A stretch of 63,911 nucleotides of DNA, filler included, from Reticulomyxa filosa (lineage: Eukaryota; Protista; Foraminifera): NCBI GenBank assembly GCA_000512085.1. It is 20 parts of 20 records of this genome, joined end to end, with 100 filler letters (N's around TTAATTAATTAA, not from the genome) between each part and the next. Parts side by side here need not be neighbours in the genome. Positions count along the whole stretch, not along the records: positions 11,654 to 13,239 come from ASPP01020057.1; positions 13,340 to 21,009 come from ASPP01019337.1; positions 21,110 to 22,848 come from ASPP01018440.1; positions 22,949 to 25,987 come from ASPP01003821.1; 16 more parts are not named here. One strand, 5' to 3'. Within the stretch, counting starts at the first letter, position 1. Each line of letters starts with the position of its first letter. A program made the translations under genes and the position numbers. Positions 12,236-23,103 of the stretch are shown in pieces. Below the pieces are notes generated by a model that had not been told where the DNA came from, searched no databases, and worked only from the letters and a program-made list of their open reading frames with translations.

Positions 12236-13239
12236 TCAACCAAATTACTCAGTACATTCATTGGACATACTGATCGGATATCTAGTATTGATTACTCAAC
12301 ACTTGATTGTTTTCATTTCTTTGTTGATCATATGATAAAACAGTTCGTGTATGGGACATTGAAAACAATAAACAAGTTCAATCATTCAATCGACATTCAA
12401 ATAAAGTATTTTGTGTGAAATTTTCATTATACTATTATCATAATAATGATCAAAATGTCATTTGCTCTTCATCATTTGACAGTATCATTCGTTTTGGGAT
12501 TTCAAAAATAATAAAGAATTACAAGTATTAAAAGAACATAAAGAATGTGTTTCTAGTCTTGCATTTTCACTATTTAACGGTGGTCGATATTTATGCTATG
12601 GATCATATGACCATACTACTCGTTTATGGGATATCAAGGAATCAAGGACATTAGTGTTTTCAATGCGCATAAAGATGGTGTTACATGTATTGATATTTCA
12701 CCATTGCAAAATAATAGCAAAAATAATAATATTGGTGTAATTGGTGGCAATGGATATACACTTTGTTCTGTATCATTTAATCAAACTATTTGCACATATG
12801 ATATTGAAACGAACAAATTATTAAATACATTCAAAAAGCATACAAAATATATACTTAATGTAAAATATAGACCAAATGAATTAGTGAATATTGGTTGTGC
12901 AGATACAATATTATCCCGATCATATGATTGCAGTGTTATTTTGTAGGATATTCGATCAGGTCAACAAATTCAAGTTTTTAGATTACATAAGTCTCCGGTG
13001 TATGCTGTTGAATATTCACCATTTGTAATACCTAATAATATTGGTGGTAATTCAAATGTGATATGTTCTGGATCATGTGACAATACAATTCAGTTTTGGG
13101 ATATTCGATCAAATAAGAATCAATTGTATATAATCAAAGGACGATAGCAAGATAATGGAATATCTTGTCTTACATTTGCATCATTGAAAAAGAATAGAGT
13201 AAAAGATGATCATAATGTTCATTTATGTTATGCTTCAAA
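12236..13239 (+). pseudogene. WD40-repeat pseudogene
   Basis: FIGHTDRISSIDYS, SYDHTTRLWDI, IGVIGGNGYTLCS, ICSGSCDNTIQFWDIRSNKN; several frameshifts and in-frame stops (e.g. TAG at ~12944). Confidence 0.85.
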
Positions 13240-13339
13240 NNNNNNNNNNNNNNNNNNNNNNNNNNNNNNNNNNNNNNNNNNNNTTAATTAATTAANNNNN
13301 NNNNNNNNNNNNNNNNNNNNNNNNNNNNNNNNNNNNNNN

Positions 13340-14357
13340 TGATGTTGAATTATGTGGACACTGTGTAGTGAAACTGATAGATAACAACAATAAAAACAAT
13401 CAAATCACTTTATTATCTTTTGGTGGACAACATAAACATACACTAATAATGAAATATGTAAGTGTTTGGAATGATATATTAAACAACTACAATGAATGGA
13501 TTCCTTTCACAGACAATCACAATCATCCAATTATCATTGGAAGAGATGAACATCAATATTATGAAGGAGTGCGTGCAGTGATTGGTGGAAGAAACAATAA
13601 TTTGTTATTTATTACTTATTATTTACAGAATATAAGTATATTTGATTTAAATACATTTCGGTTTATTAAACATGATACTTTACCTACTAATGATTCAATA
13701 TGGTTTCATTGCTTTGTATCAAATTCAGAAAATGGACAAGGACAACAAATGATGAAAATAAACCAAGAAATAAATAAACAAAATTATCAAATGTTGTTGT
13801 TTTGTAACAACACAGGACTATCAATTGAATATGATGAAGATAACAACACTTTTCAATTTCATCAACTACCTGTTTGTGACGATATTGCACCATTCAATTG
13901 TTATGCATATGTGTGTATCAATGATGTCATCTTATTCTTTGGTGGATGTAGTTGGGATGAAATTTATTTCGTTGTTGTTTCAAAATCAGCGCATAAGTAT
14001 TCAATTCGAGAAAACAAATGGATAACATTTCAAAACGCTTTACCCAATCCATTGCATTATTGTGTTGCAATATTGAGTGAAGAAAACAATCATATACACA
14101 TCATTGGAGGGTCATATGAAACTCACAGGAAGACAAAGGTGCGTATATGGGATCCTTTACTATTGGTTATGATTTATTTATTTATTACTTTAATAAAACG
14201 CAAATGAATTGTACTGTATGAAACTGATTAACAAATAATAAATATTAAACAGTCAAAAAATGAAATAAAATATATAATTGAACATTGGATTCAAACTTTG
14301 AAGATAAAGTTAGGATGGATCGATGATTTTAATAAAATTATTTTTAAATACAGATAA
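13340..14357 (+). CDS. Kelch-like beta-propeller protein (5' partial) with terminal exon carrying the WIQTLKIKLGWIDDFNKII module
   Basis: Paralog of 448-1623; intron 14166-14252 (GT...AG); last exon SKNEIKYIIEHWIQTLKIKLGWIDDFNKIIFKYR*. Confidence 0.85.
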
Positions 14358-15909
14358 TTGATTTTTTTGGCGAAGAAGCAACTAAAAAATTTTTTTTTCA
14401 ATATTGCCTTAATTATGGCTTTTACTTTTCTATATTGCTTTGTTGCTATAAACACGTTTTTATTATTTGTTCAAGCAAACACGACTATCAGGTTTCTACA
14501 CATTTGTTAATAATAAAGTAAAAAATTCAGTCAGTACCTTAGATACTATCAGTACAAAAGGATATCTACATTATTGTATCAACAGAGGGTTCGATGTTTG
14601 CAAGTTTCTCTATGCTACTGTCACGGGAGCGTTGCTTACATAGTTCAGTCAATATATTTATTACAAGCTGCATTTTTTTGCAATAAAAAATTACAATGAA
14701 ACTGCTTGCAATTGTTCAATCTAATTAAGACAAACAACTTAAACAAAGTTATTTACGATCATTAAATTAAATAATACTTTATATCAATGTTTGTTCTAGA
14801 ACCTTTTGTATTTCAATTGGATGCAATTTTGGATAGTTATACATCGAGACTCTTTTTGAATGTTATTCATAACAGTGTTGTTGTGTGTTGTTCAATAACT
14901 ATCAGTTGATTATAAACAAATGCGCCTCTTTAAATAGAACAATCAAAAACAATGATTCAAACAACTTTTCTTTTTCTGCTATTTTCAACAAAATTGTAAA
15001 AATGAAAAACTTTAAAATTGCACACTTTTTACTGCTTAGACGTAGTCATTAAAAGCTCTTTGTTTTTGACCTTTTTTTCGTTGTTTCTACTATTAATGAG
15101 GACTCTTTTCTTAGAAGAGGAAGGAGCACATGAAGCAGAGAAGATGGTAATTGAATCTTCAGATAAAGGATTGATAAGTTTTAAGTCCAGAAATAGTTCA
15201 GTGTGAGAATTTTCTAACTCTCGCAAATGTGATCATTATTTAGGTGTTTCACAAAGAATATCCAGCAGGCTAATTTTTATATTTCATGATGTGATTTTCT
15301 CAAGGAGATCAATCACAAACAATTTTTTGAACAGTGGTTATTTAGTATTGGCATTTTGATTATTGTCTTGTTGTTCACACAACATATACTTGGACTTAAT
15401 TTTCATAAAATTCAGTATCATGTGTATTTTTTTATCACTCAGAAATTTTAATCTTTCAAAGAAAAAATTAAAGCGTTATAGCAAATTTGCAATTCTCAAA
15501 AAAAAGACAAAAGTAGATTTTAAAAAAGCAGAAAAAACATAAAGAAAATTTTAAAAAGGATATCAGTTATAAAGAATGGTGAACGAACGTATGCGATCAA
15601 GCGAGCTCACCATCATCCTAGTTTTGATGAGACTAAGCACTAATTAAGAGTATCTCATGCCGTGAGAAAGTAGCGACGAAGCATAGTGATATTAAACAAT
15701 TCGATCGGTGATTGCAGAGAAGAAATACACAAAATAATATAATCAACTCGTTCGTTAGTCCGCTGATAACTTCGTTTCTTTTTGGAAGAGTCTTTTGTGC
15801 AAGAATGCTTAATGAAAGCCTCAGAGCTTCAATAGACCATTTTTGACAGCAAACAGTTAACAAATCTTTGTTGTTTGTTCTCGAAACACATACATTACAA
15901 AGGGCAAAA

Positions 15910-16103
15910 TAAAAAAAATTGAACTACATCCCCCCATCGAACACTTTTGAAAATTTTTTTAAAAAAAAGCAGTTATTTTTAAAAAATTGGTTCAAAAAAT
16001 ATGAAATGACCCACAATTTGGAAAAAATGACACAAATCTGAAAAATTCAAGAATGTTTCGTACTAATTAATGCCATTCATTTTTCATTTTTTAGAAAAAA
16101 AAG
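15910..16103. repeat. Dispersed repeat A, probable transposon terminus
   Basis: GAACTA(C/A)ATCCCCCCATCGAACACTTTTG...AATTGGTTCAAAAA..ATGACCCAC...CTGAAAAATTCAAGAA is shared with 48670-48848 on another contig. Confidence 0.8.
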
Positions 16104-16940
16104 TTGGTGTGCCATTTGACCGGTACTGATTAAACTGATTCAAATCCAATTCTTTTCTACATTTATTGGTTGAATTACTTTGCTGTTTGCCTTTCAAACT
16201 TTTTCTATACTTTGAAAAGATTCAATGAATGGCAATATTTCAAAGATTTAAATAAAACATTAAAGCTGCTATGTAATTGCATAAATTATATGCCTCATCA
16301 ATTAATTTGAAATAGCTTAATGATTAAGTTTTTTGTTATTTTTAAAATAGAAACTACAAATTATTTGTACTCAAAGAGTCAATTTTAATCCTAGTTTTTA
16401 AAATTGGAGTAGATCCACTTACAAACAATTTTTAAATTGGACATTAATTCATCCTTCTATTTTTGATTTGAAAAACTTGGAAAAAAAAAAGGGTTGATTA
16501 AATCAACATATAATAAAAGGAACTTGGTTGCATTAAGTAATAGTCCATTGATTATTTTATTCAGAACAATACTGATTTTCCAAAGAGTTCAACACTCAAA
16601 TACGTATCAAAAATAAACAGATGAGATATAAAAAAAACAAGGAATATTTGGATAACATATCTCATTCCTTTTTCAGAATCTACAGTAAATTGAAAATTCT
16701 CTTCAAAAAAATCTTTATGCGAAGATAATGTGATGTTTCCGAAAATAACAAAATGAAGATCTTCTTTTGAATCTAACAGTTTTTTGGAAAAATTGAAAAT
16801 GTTCAAATCTATTAAATTGTGCAAATTAATCTTTGCACAATTCATTTAAGAGATTTGATAATCTATTTGTTTGTAAAAATGAAATTATGTCATATTTATC
16901 ATTTTATCTGAATGAAATTAATATATAACACGTCACACCC

Positions 16941-17456
16941 AAAAACAGTCATGTAGAATTTTCTTTTAGGAAAAAAAAGCATAGTTGGTGGATGCATTCT
17001 TTGGAAAGATTTTAAGAAAGTTCTATGTATTAAATCTATAAATAAAACTTTGCAATATACCTTAAATGCTTGTTGTAAATACAAATAAATCAAAAATTAG
17101 TTTCTTTCACACGTTTTTACTGACAAAGAAACACAGCAAAACATTTTCTTTACTGAATTATATTTTAAAGGAAAAAATTCCTAAGATGCTGGTGATTATG
17201 AAAGTATAATAGAAAATTATCTATTTTATTTTCTTTTATTGTTCACCAAATTGCGACAAAATCCTTACTAGTTTTTCTTGAATGTATTTATGGACTAATT
17301 GCATATTTGCAAAAAAAGGAATTTTGAAGAGAACTCTTTGCCATAAAAAAATTAAAAATTAATGGAAAAACATTGGGCAAAGAATGGCTCTAAATTCAAT
17401 GATTCGGTCCTGAAATGACTTGTAAACCATTGATAGGGATTGTTTGGAATGAGTTT
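16941..17456. repeat. Dispersed repeat B
   Basis: Collinear similarity with indels to 31430-31868 on another contig (AAAACAGTCATGTAGAA..., TTATTGTTCACCAA.TTGCGACAAAATC, TTTTGAAGAGAACTCTTTG). Confidence 0.85.
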
Positions 17457-17976
17457 ACCCATTCCTATAATTTTGAGTAAACTAGAAATTAAACAAAAAA
17501 ATTCTTGTTGACTCCAAGAAAAGTTTTTTTAAAGAGAAATAAAACCTCCTTTGCTAGTAAAGAAGCAAAAATAATAAGAAATTAGAATTAGTTCAGTCCT
17601 TCATTTTCTTTCATCAATTATATTCATATTCTCTTTGTATAGTTTAGAGGTTTGTTAATTGTTTGCAATGATAAAAAAAAGAACTCTTTCCTATAGAAAA
17701 AAAAATGTATTCATGTGTATGTATAAATAATGGATGTTAATACTACAAAATAAAACACTTATTTCTCATACAAAGTTTATATTTATTAAATAAAAGAATT
17801 TTTTATTGACCCTTAGTGGGCTTTAAAAAAAAAGTTGAAAAGCATTATTTTCATTATCTTTGCATCATCAAAGATCATCTCAAGATACTTTAGATTAGTA
17901 ATGAAAGTTTCGTTTAAGTTGTTTTTTACGTTTTTCTTCTTCTTATTTTTCTCATTTTACTTTATGATTAAAACAG

Positions 17977-18388
17977 TCAAAAGAAGAAGAGATCCAAATC
18001 ATTATTCATCATTGGATTCGAACATTAAACATTAAACTAGGATGGATCAAAGATTTTGACAAATTTGTCGTCAATTATGTTAGTCCATTTATTTTTCTTT
18101 TTTAAAATACTAATAAAAATATTCAAATGTTTATTTAACATAGATATCTACTGTCTTCATGTTTGAAACATTTCGTTCATCATCCAAATTAATCAATACA
18201 TTTACTGGACATACAGATGTTGTGTGGAGCATTGATTATTCAACATTTGATAATTGTCAATTCATTTGTTCTGGGTCAGGTGATAAAACAGTTTGTGTAT
18301 GGGATGTTGATAACAACAAACAAATTCAATTGTTCAATGGACATTCAGATTATGTGAGATGTGTGAAATTTTCATTATATCATTATCA
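17977..18388 (+). pseudogene. WD40 gene interrupted by a retrotransposon
   Basis: Exon 17977-18078 SKEEEIQIIIHHWIRTLNIKLGWIKDFDKFVVNY, intron, exon from 18144 ...FTGHTDVVWSIDYS...SGSGDKTVCVWD...GHSDYVRCVKFSLYHYH, then an abrupt switch to unrelated GC-richer sequence. Confidence 0.85.
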
Positions 18389-21009
18389 CCTGTTCTCTCG
18401 AATTGATGCCACCAACGATTTCAAGCAAAGAATTTCCAATGGTCACACCTCTCATTCCTAATCGCATTGCAAAAACGAATATTGATCCAGATGTTATTCA
18501 TTCAGACAGTAAGGGGATACTGCCACCCCAATTGGGGATGCAAAAAGGCAAAGCGGTTAAGACGCATGCATTAATAACGGACGCTGTGCTAACCAACAAA
18601 AAGGAGCAATACGTCAAGGTTGTCAAGAATTTAATATTGACGAGAGCGGGAACCACCACGAGGTGAGGCAATTATTACCCTTTCGACAAAATTTTTGACT
18701 CACCTACAGTGATTAAGGAGGTTATTCCGGCAATTGTAGACTCAATCATTGGACGTGCACTCGATGGAAATTCAGATTTCTTCTGTTTGTATGGACAGCC
18801 ATCTCCAGTAGACTCCACTCAATCGTCAAATATCATCACTGCTGCATTGAAATATATCGTGGACAGTTTGAAGGGGGAATCCCAAGCAACGAACATTTCA
18901 ATAAAATTATCGGCCATGGAATATTACGGCACGAATATATCCAAGATCCGTGTATATGACTTGTTGGATAGTGTCAACGTTCGGGCAGCCTCCAATCACC
19001 AGAAGAAGGGATATTCGACAATCAACTTTTCGAAACAATACAAAAGAATTATTGATAATGGTATCGACATCGAGAACGCACTGACGGATATCAGAAAGGC
19101 ACCCCATATTCATTTGCAAGGTCAAGGTCAAGACCTTGGACAGTTACTCCCACCTGGGCACATAATTCTTAATATTGTAATTCGTCAAACATATATTAAA
19201 AATGGTATTGGTGTGGTGCAAGTAAAAAGCAATATTTTTGTTTTCGTTCTAGCGTATGAGACTTCATACAATGTAGTAAATTTTTGTACTCATTTTAAGA
19301 ATTTGTCGCATGATCATAATGAAATTCTTCATACTTTAGAGTCTTCATGTAATGCATTGATGACAAAACAATTTTGTGACATCCTTAAAAATTATAACAA
19401 GCTCAAAGTCAATTACTGTGATCAACATGGGTGTAGTGAATGGATAAAAGCTATATTATCGTGTTTGGTGAGATCTTCTAAGTTTTGGTATTTTTCCTGA
19501 TTAATCCTTCGGTAACGGTAGCAGCATCGACGGACGACCTCTTGCAATTCGCAGCGGATATATCACACGTAGTAATCCCTCGGAGAGAGCCCAATATAGT
19601 GTCATGTGAATTGCCATCGGAAGAGTCACCAATGAATTCATCCAACGTAATGATTACCAACACAGATTGCAAAGATTGTAGTGGGATGCCTCATGGTGCA
19701 CCTCCATCATCACAAGCGCAACAAGCAAGCCACACCATCGCAAGTGCGGAGCAGCGGTCAGCGGATGCCTGCCAGCAAAGCCGACATTCGTCGGAGACGT
19801 CATCGTCACGTGAGCTGTTGCTACAGCAAGAACTTCCCAACGACATCAACATACCCGATATCAATAAAAATATTAGTAATGATACAACTAGCAATACGAA
19901 CCAGCGGCTAGAGGAGGTTTCCGGGGACAAAGACCCTGATGAGCACCAGAAATATGATGATGATACCTTTCCCTTGAACAGCAATTTCGTCCCAGAGAGG
20001 AACAACGTTGAGGCAGAGCCACCCGACGACATCACCAACCAACATCATTTATTCCAACATTCCTTTGATCAGGATGAGCTTTTCACAGATGTTGCAATGC
20101 CACCTCCAAGTCCACCCCCACAATAGATAACATGCATATGAAGTGTCGCGATGAGTGGATCAATCAACAAAACGCACAACACGACAGCATATCCAGGCAG
20201 CAGCAGGCGGAACAAAAATATTCGGAAGATATGGGAACATGGCAATTCCCAATTATAGAAGTAATCATCAATAAGCCTACTAAAATTATTGCTCGCGTCC
20301 CTAAAGCCGCGTGTAGCGTATTTGCTTCTATTGTGGCATGGACACTACGGGATATATCGGATAATAATAATACCGCTTCATGGACTAAGTGGCTATTATT
20401 AAGTAGGCTTATTTTATGGGACCCAGTGAGATGTGGGATCAAACATGCTAACGCCACAACAAAAACCATCATCAACAGAATTAAGATGTGGAAAGAAGAT
20501 AATATCAATAAATAATGGGAAGACTTTTGTGAATATTCTGCGGCATTAACAAAACTGCCCGTCGTAAAAAGAGCGGAGTCATCTTCTGCAGCAAGGCTAA
20601 ACGCAACACATTCAAAGGCCATCAAGCTCTATGCTTTAGGTTAGTTGTCAAAAGCATTCAAGGCGTTAACCCCAAGCCAGACCGTATGCTACGATAACAA
20701 CACAATCAATCAATTACAAGAAAAGCATCCATTCGAGACACCACCTACTGCGACACTGCAATCAATTCAAAGAGATGAGACACCCGTAGACTAGACCATG
20801 ATGACCTAACAATAGCATCACTATCTTCCGCATCAATAATATTGGCATTAACATCTTTAGAAGCGCTAAAGGACACTCATGGAATTCAAATCAATTATGC
20901 AAAGACAGAATGGATTTCCAATTTATCAAGAGCGCTTCCAAGCCAATTCATTGGTATTACACACAATACAACATTTGATACATCATTAGTTAGTATCCCC
21001 ATCGGACGA
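18389..21009 (+). mobile_element. Degenerate CRE-like non-LTR retrotransposon with an N-terminal kinesin motor-like domain; internally deleted and cut by the contig end
   Basis: 20132-20790 has CRE-type pre-RT motifs (ARVPKA, SWTKWLLLSRLILWDP, NRIKMWKE, KAIKLYALG*LSKAFKAL, INQLQEKHP); 20794-21009 has RT motifs DHDDLTI, GIQINYAKTEW, LVSIPIG; 18403-19570 is kinesin-like; no introns evident. Confidence 0.8.
18403..19570 (+). pseudogene. Kinesin motor-like domain with degenerate P-loop and switch motifs, inside the retroelement
   Basis: Collinear with the kinesin consensus: YPFDKIFD, RALDGNSDFFCLYGQ, NIITAALKYI, IKLSAMEYY, VYDLL, GHIILNIVIRQ, SNIFVFVLAYE, VFFLINPS, DLLQFAADIS; one in-frame TGA at 18664 and a frameshift near 19480. 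Confidence 0.75.
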
Positions 21010-21182
21010 NNNNNNNNNNNNNNNNNNNNNNNNNNNNNNNNNNNNNNNNNNNNTTAATTAATTAANNNNNNNNNNNNNNNNNNNNNNNNNNNNNNNNNNN
21101 NNNNNNNNNTTTTTTAAATTACTCGTTTTCAAGAATTTGTCAAAGGTTTTGAACAATCTCAAAAAACATAAAATACACATCT

Positions 21183-21479
21183 TCAAACATTTTTTTTTAA
21201 CTCTTCATTTTCTCCTCTTTTCTGACACACTAATTTGTTTTCGTCGTTGTATTTTCTCCACATCCATGGCAAACTCGTGCAACGATGTCGGGTCAGGTAT
21301 CGGGTCATCCGTTTCCCACTCTTGTGGTCGACTGTAACGAGAGTTTGGTTGATGAAATGATTCCATTTGCTTTCCTCCAGCTTCCTTAGGTACCACTCTG
21401 TTAATACCGTTTTTGTGTATTCCACTGCTATCTCCACCTTTTTTTCCTCTTCTTTTTTTTCTTCACTTGATGAGCTCAT
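21183..21479 (-). CDS. Hypothetical protein, first exon (probably continues to the contig edge)
   Basis: ATG-initiated ORF in locally GC-richer sequence; no recognisable motif. Confidence 0.35.
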   Translation of the reverse strand: MSSSSEEKKEEEKKVEIAVEYTKTVLTEWYLRKLEESKWNHFINQTLVTVDHKSGKRMTRYLTRHRCTSLPWMWRKYNDENKLVCQKRGENEELKKNV

Positions 21480-22272
21480 TTTCGCAAGTTTCGCCCCTTT
21501 TTTTTTTAATTTCCCCTCCCAAAAAAAAGTAAATTGATGATCGAAAGGTCAAGTTTATTTTATTTGTTGGTTGATTGATTAATGTTGGTAGATTATTCGT
21601 GTAATTAACTCATTTTGTTGTTTGGCTTCGCTCAAAAATTTCACAATGGAGTCCCATTGGTTGTAGTCTGCAAATTTTGGATTTTCCAAAAACTTTCATT
21701 GATATCTCTGAGATTGAAAGAGAATCTTTGTTTTCTGTATAATCGTACTTACAATCTCACTTCGCAAATCTTGCCAAATCCCAAACACAAGCTCAAAGAA
21801 AACAAAACAAGCAAACATGGCGGCAATTGATTTAGTTATAAAGCGTGTAATGAAAAAAAACACTATTCGTCTTTTCAATATAGTAAAATGAATTTTTGAT
21901 ATTACACAAAGTTTTTTTAAAAGCAAAAATTAAATTGTTTTATATTAAACATTGATATTGGATATTTATTAAGATTTTTTCAGGAATTTTTACGTATGAA
22001 CTTATATTTCTCCAACAAATATTTCTAAAAGGATACAATAAAATAATTGATAACTTGTGCATCATTTAACTTTTCAAGCTTGTTTGTCATGTCAAAAAAA
22101 TAGCTGTTTTATCACATAAAATAATATCTATTTATCATCACATACTCACAGGGAATAATTTTCTGCTGTTATTTTGAGATCAAAAACTAGTACAAAATAT
22201 TATCTTAATTTTTTGTGGTAGTTTTCATGGTACCAGGGACCTACGAAAAAAGCGCAAAACATAACGCAAACA

Positions 22273-22848
22273 ATGTACAATCAAAGAACACGCTCGTACG
22301 AGCAATTAAGCGATCCCAACTCCCAAACTCAAGAAAAATCGTGTTTAGATTATGATTTTAAGCTATTTTCAGTCTTTGGGATACCTATTCACGTCCGTTA
22401 CTTGCTTCCGGCTTTTTTTTGCTATCATTCCTTTTTTGGGCTCGAGTTTCACACTTTTATTTTGTTGTTATCATTGGCATATTGGTTGTTAAAGATTTAA
22501 TCTCATTGAACTTATGTCCCATCGCCTTTTGTTTGGAGTTAAAAATGGGTATTTCAAGCAGATCCAGATCATTTTTTATACTACATAGCACTGATTGTGT
22601 TGTATAACTTGGTACTGTGGGAAACTGTGTTAGTTCATAAATTAGGGCATTGTCTGGCCGGCGAACTGACAAAGTATTGTTGTGGCCTCTTGGAGGCCTG
22701 GCGCTCACACAACCTCCACCCACTACGGGCGCACGACAGAGAACAAATCAAATCATTATTGCGCTTGGTGGTCCCTTGATTCATATTCCACACGCAATAT
22801 TTTGGGACCTCTTGTTTTACTATGAAGGACAACAATCTGAATGTTGGC
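22273..22848 (+). pseudogene. Peptidase M50 (site-2 protease-like) gene, probably pseudogenised
   Basis: LFSVFGIPIHV, ETVLVHKLGH (HExxH with E>K), frameshift, then VLLWPLGGLA and IIIALGGPLIHIP. Confidence 0.75.
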
Positions 22849-22948
22849 NNNNNNNNNNNNNNNNNNNNNNNNNNNNNNNNNNNNNNNNNNNNTTAATTAA
22901 TTAANNNNNNNNNNNNNNNNNNNNNNNNNNNNNNNNNNNNNNNNNNNN

Positions 22949-22992
22949 TAAGATATGTTTTAGACGTTCAGTTTTCTTTGCAACCTACTGTA
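22949..22992. repeat. Tc1/mariner-like TIR end at a contig start
   Basis: TAAGATATGTTTTAGACGTTCAGTTTTCTTTGCAACCTACTG-TA is nearly identical to 53792-53836. Confidence 0.75.
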
Positions 22993-23103
22993 AAAAAGAA
23001 TGCTTACTGGAGATACCACCAATACAAAATTAAAATTAGATTCTTTAAGTCATCAGAGTGGCTCTAAACTTACAACTGCAAAAAAAAAGAAAAAAAGAGG
23101 GAC

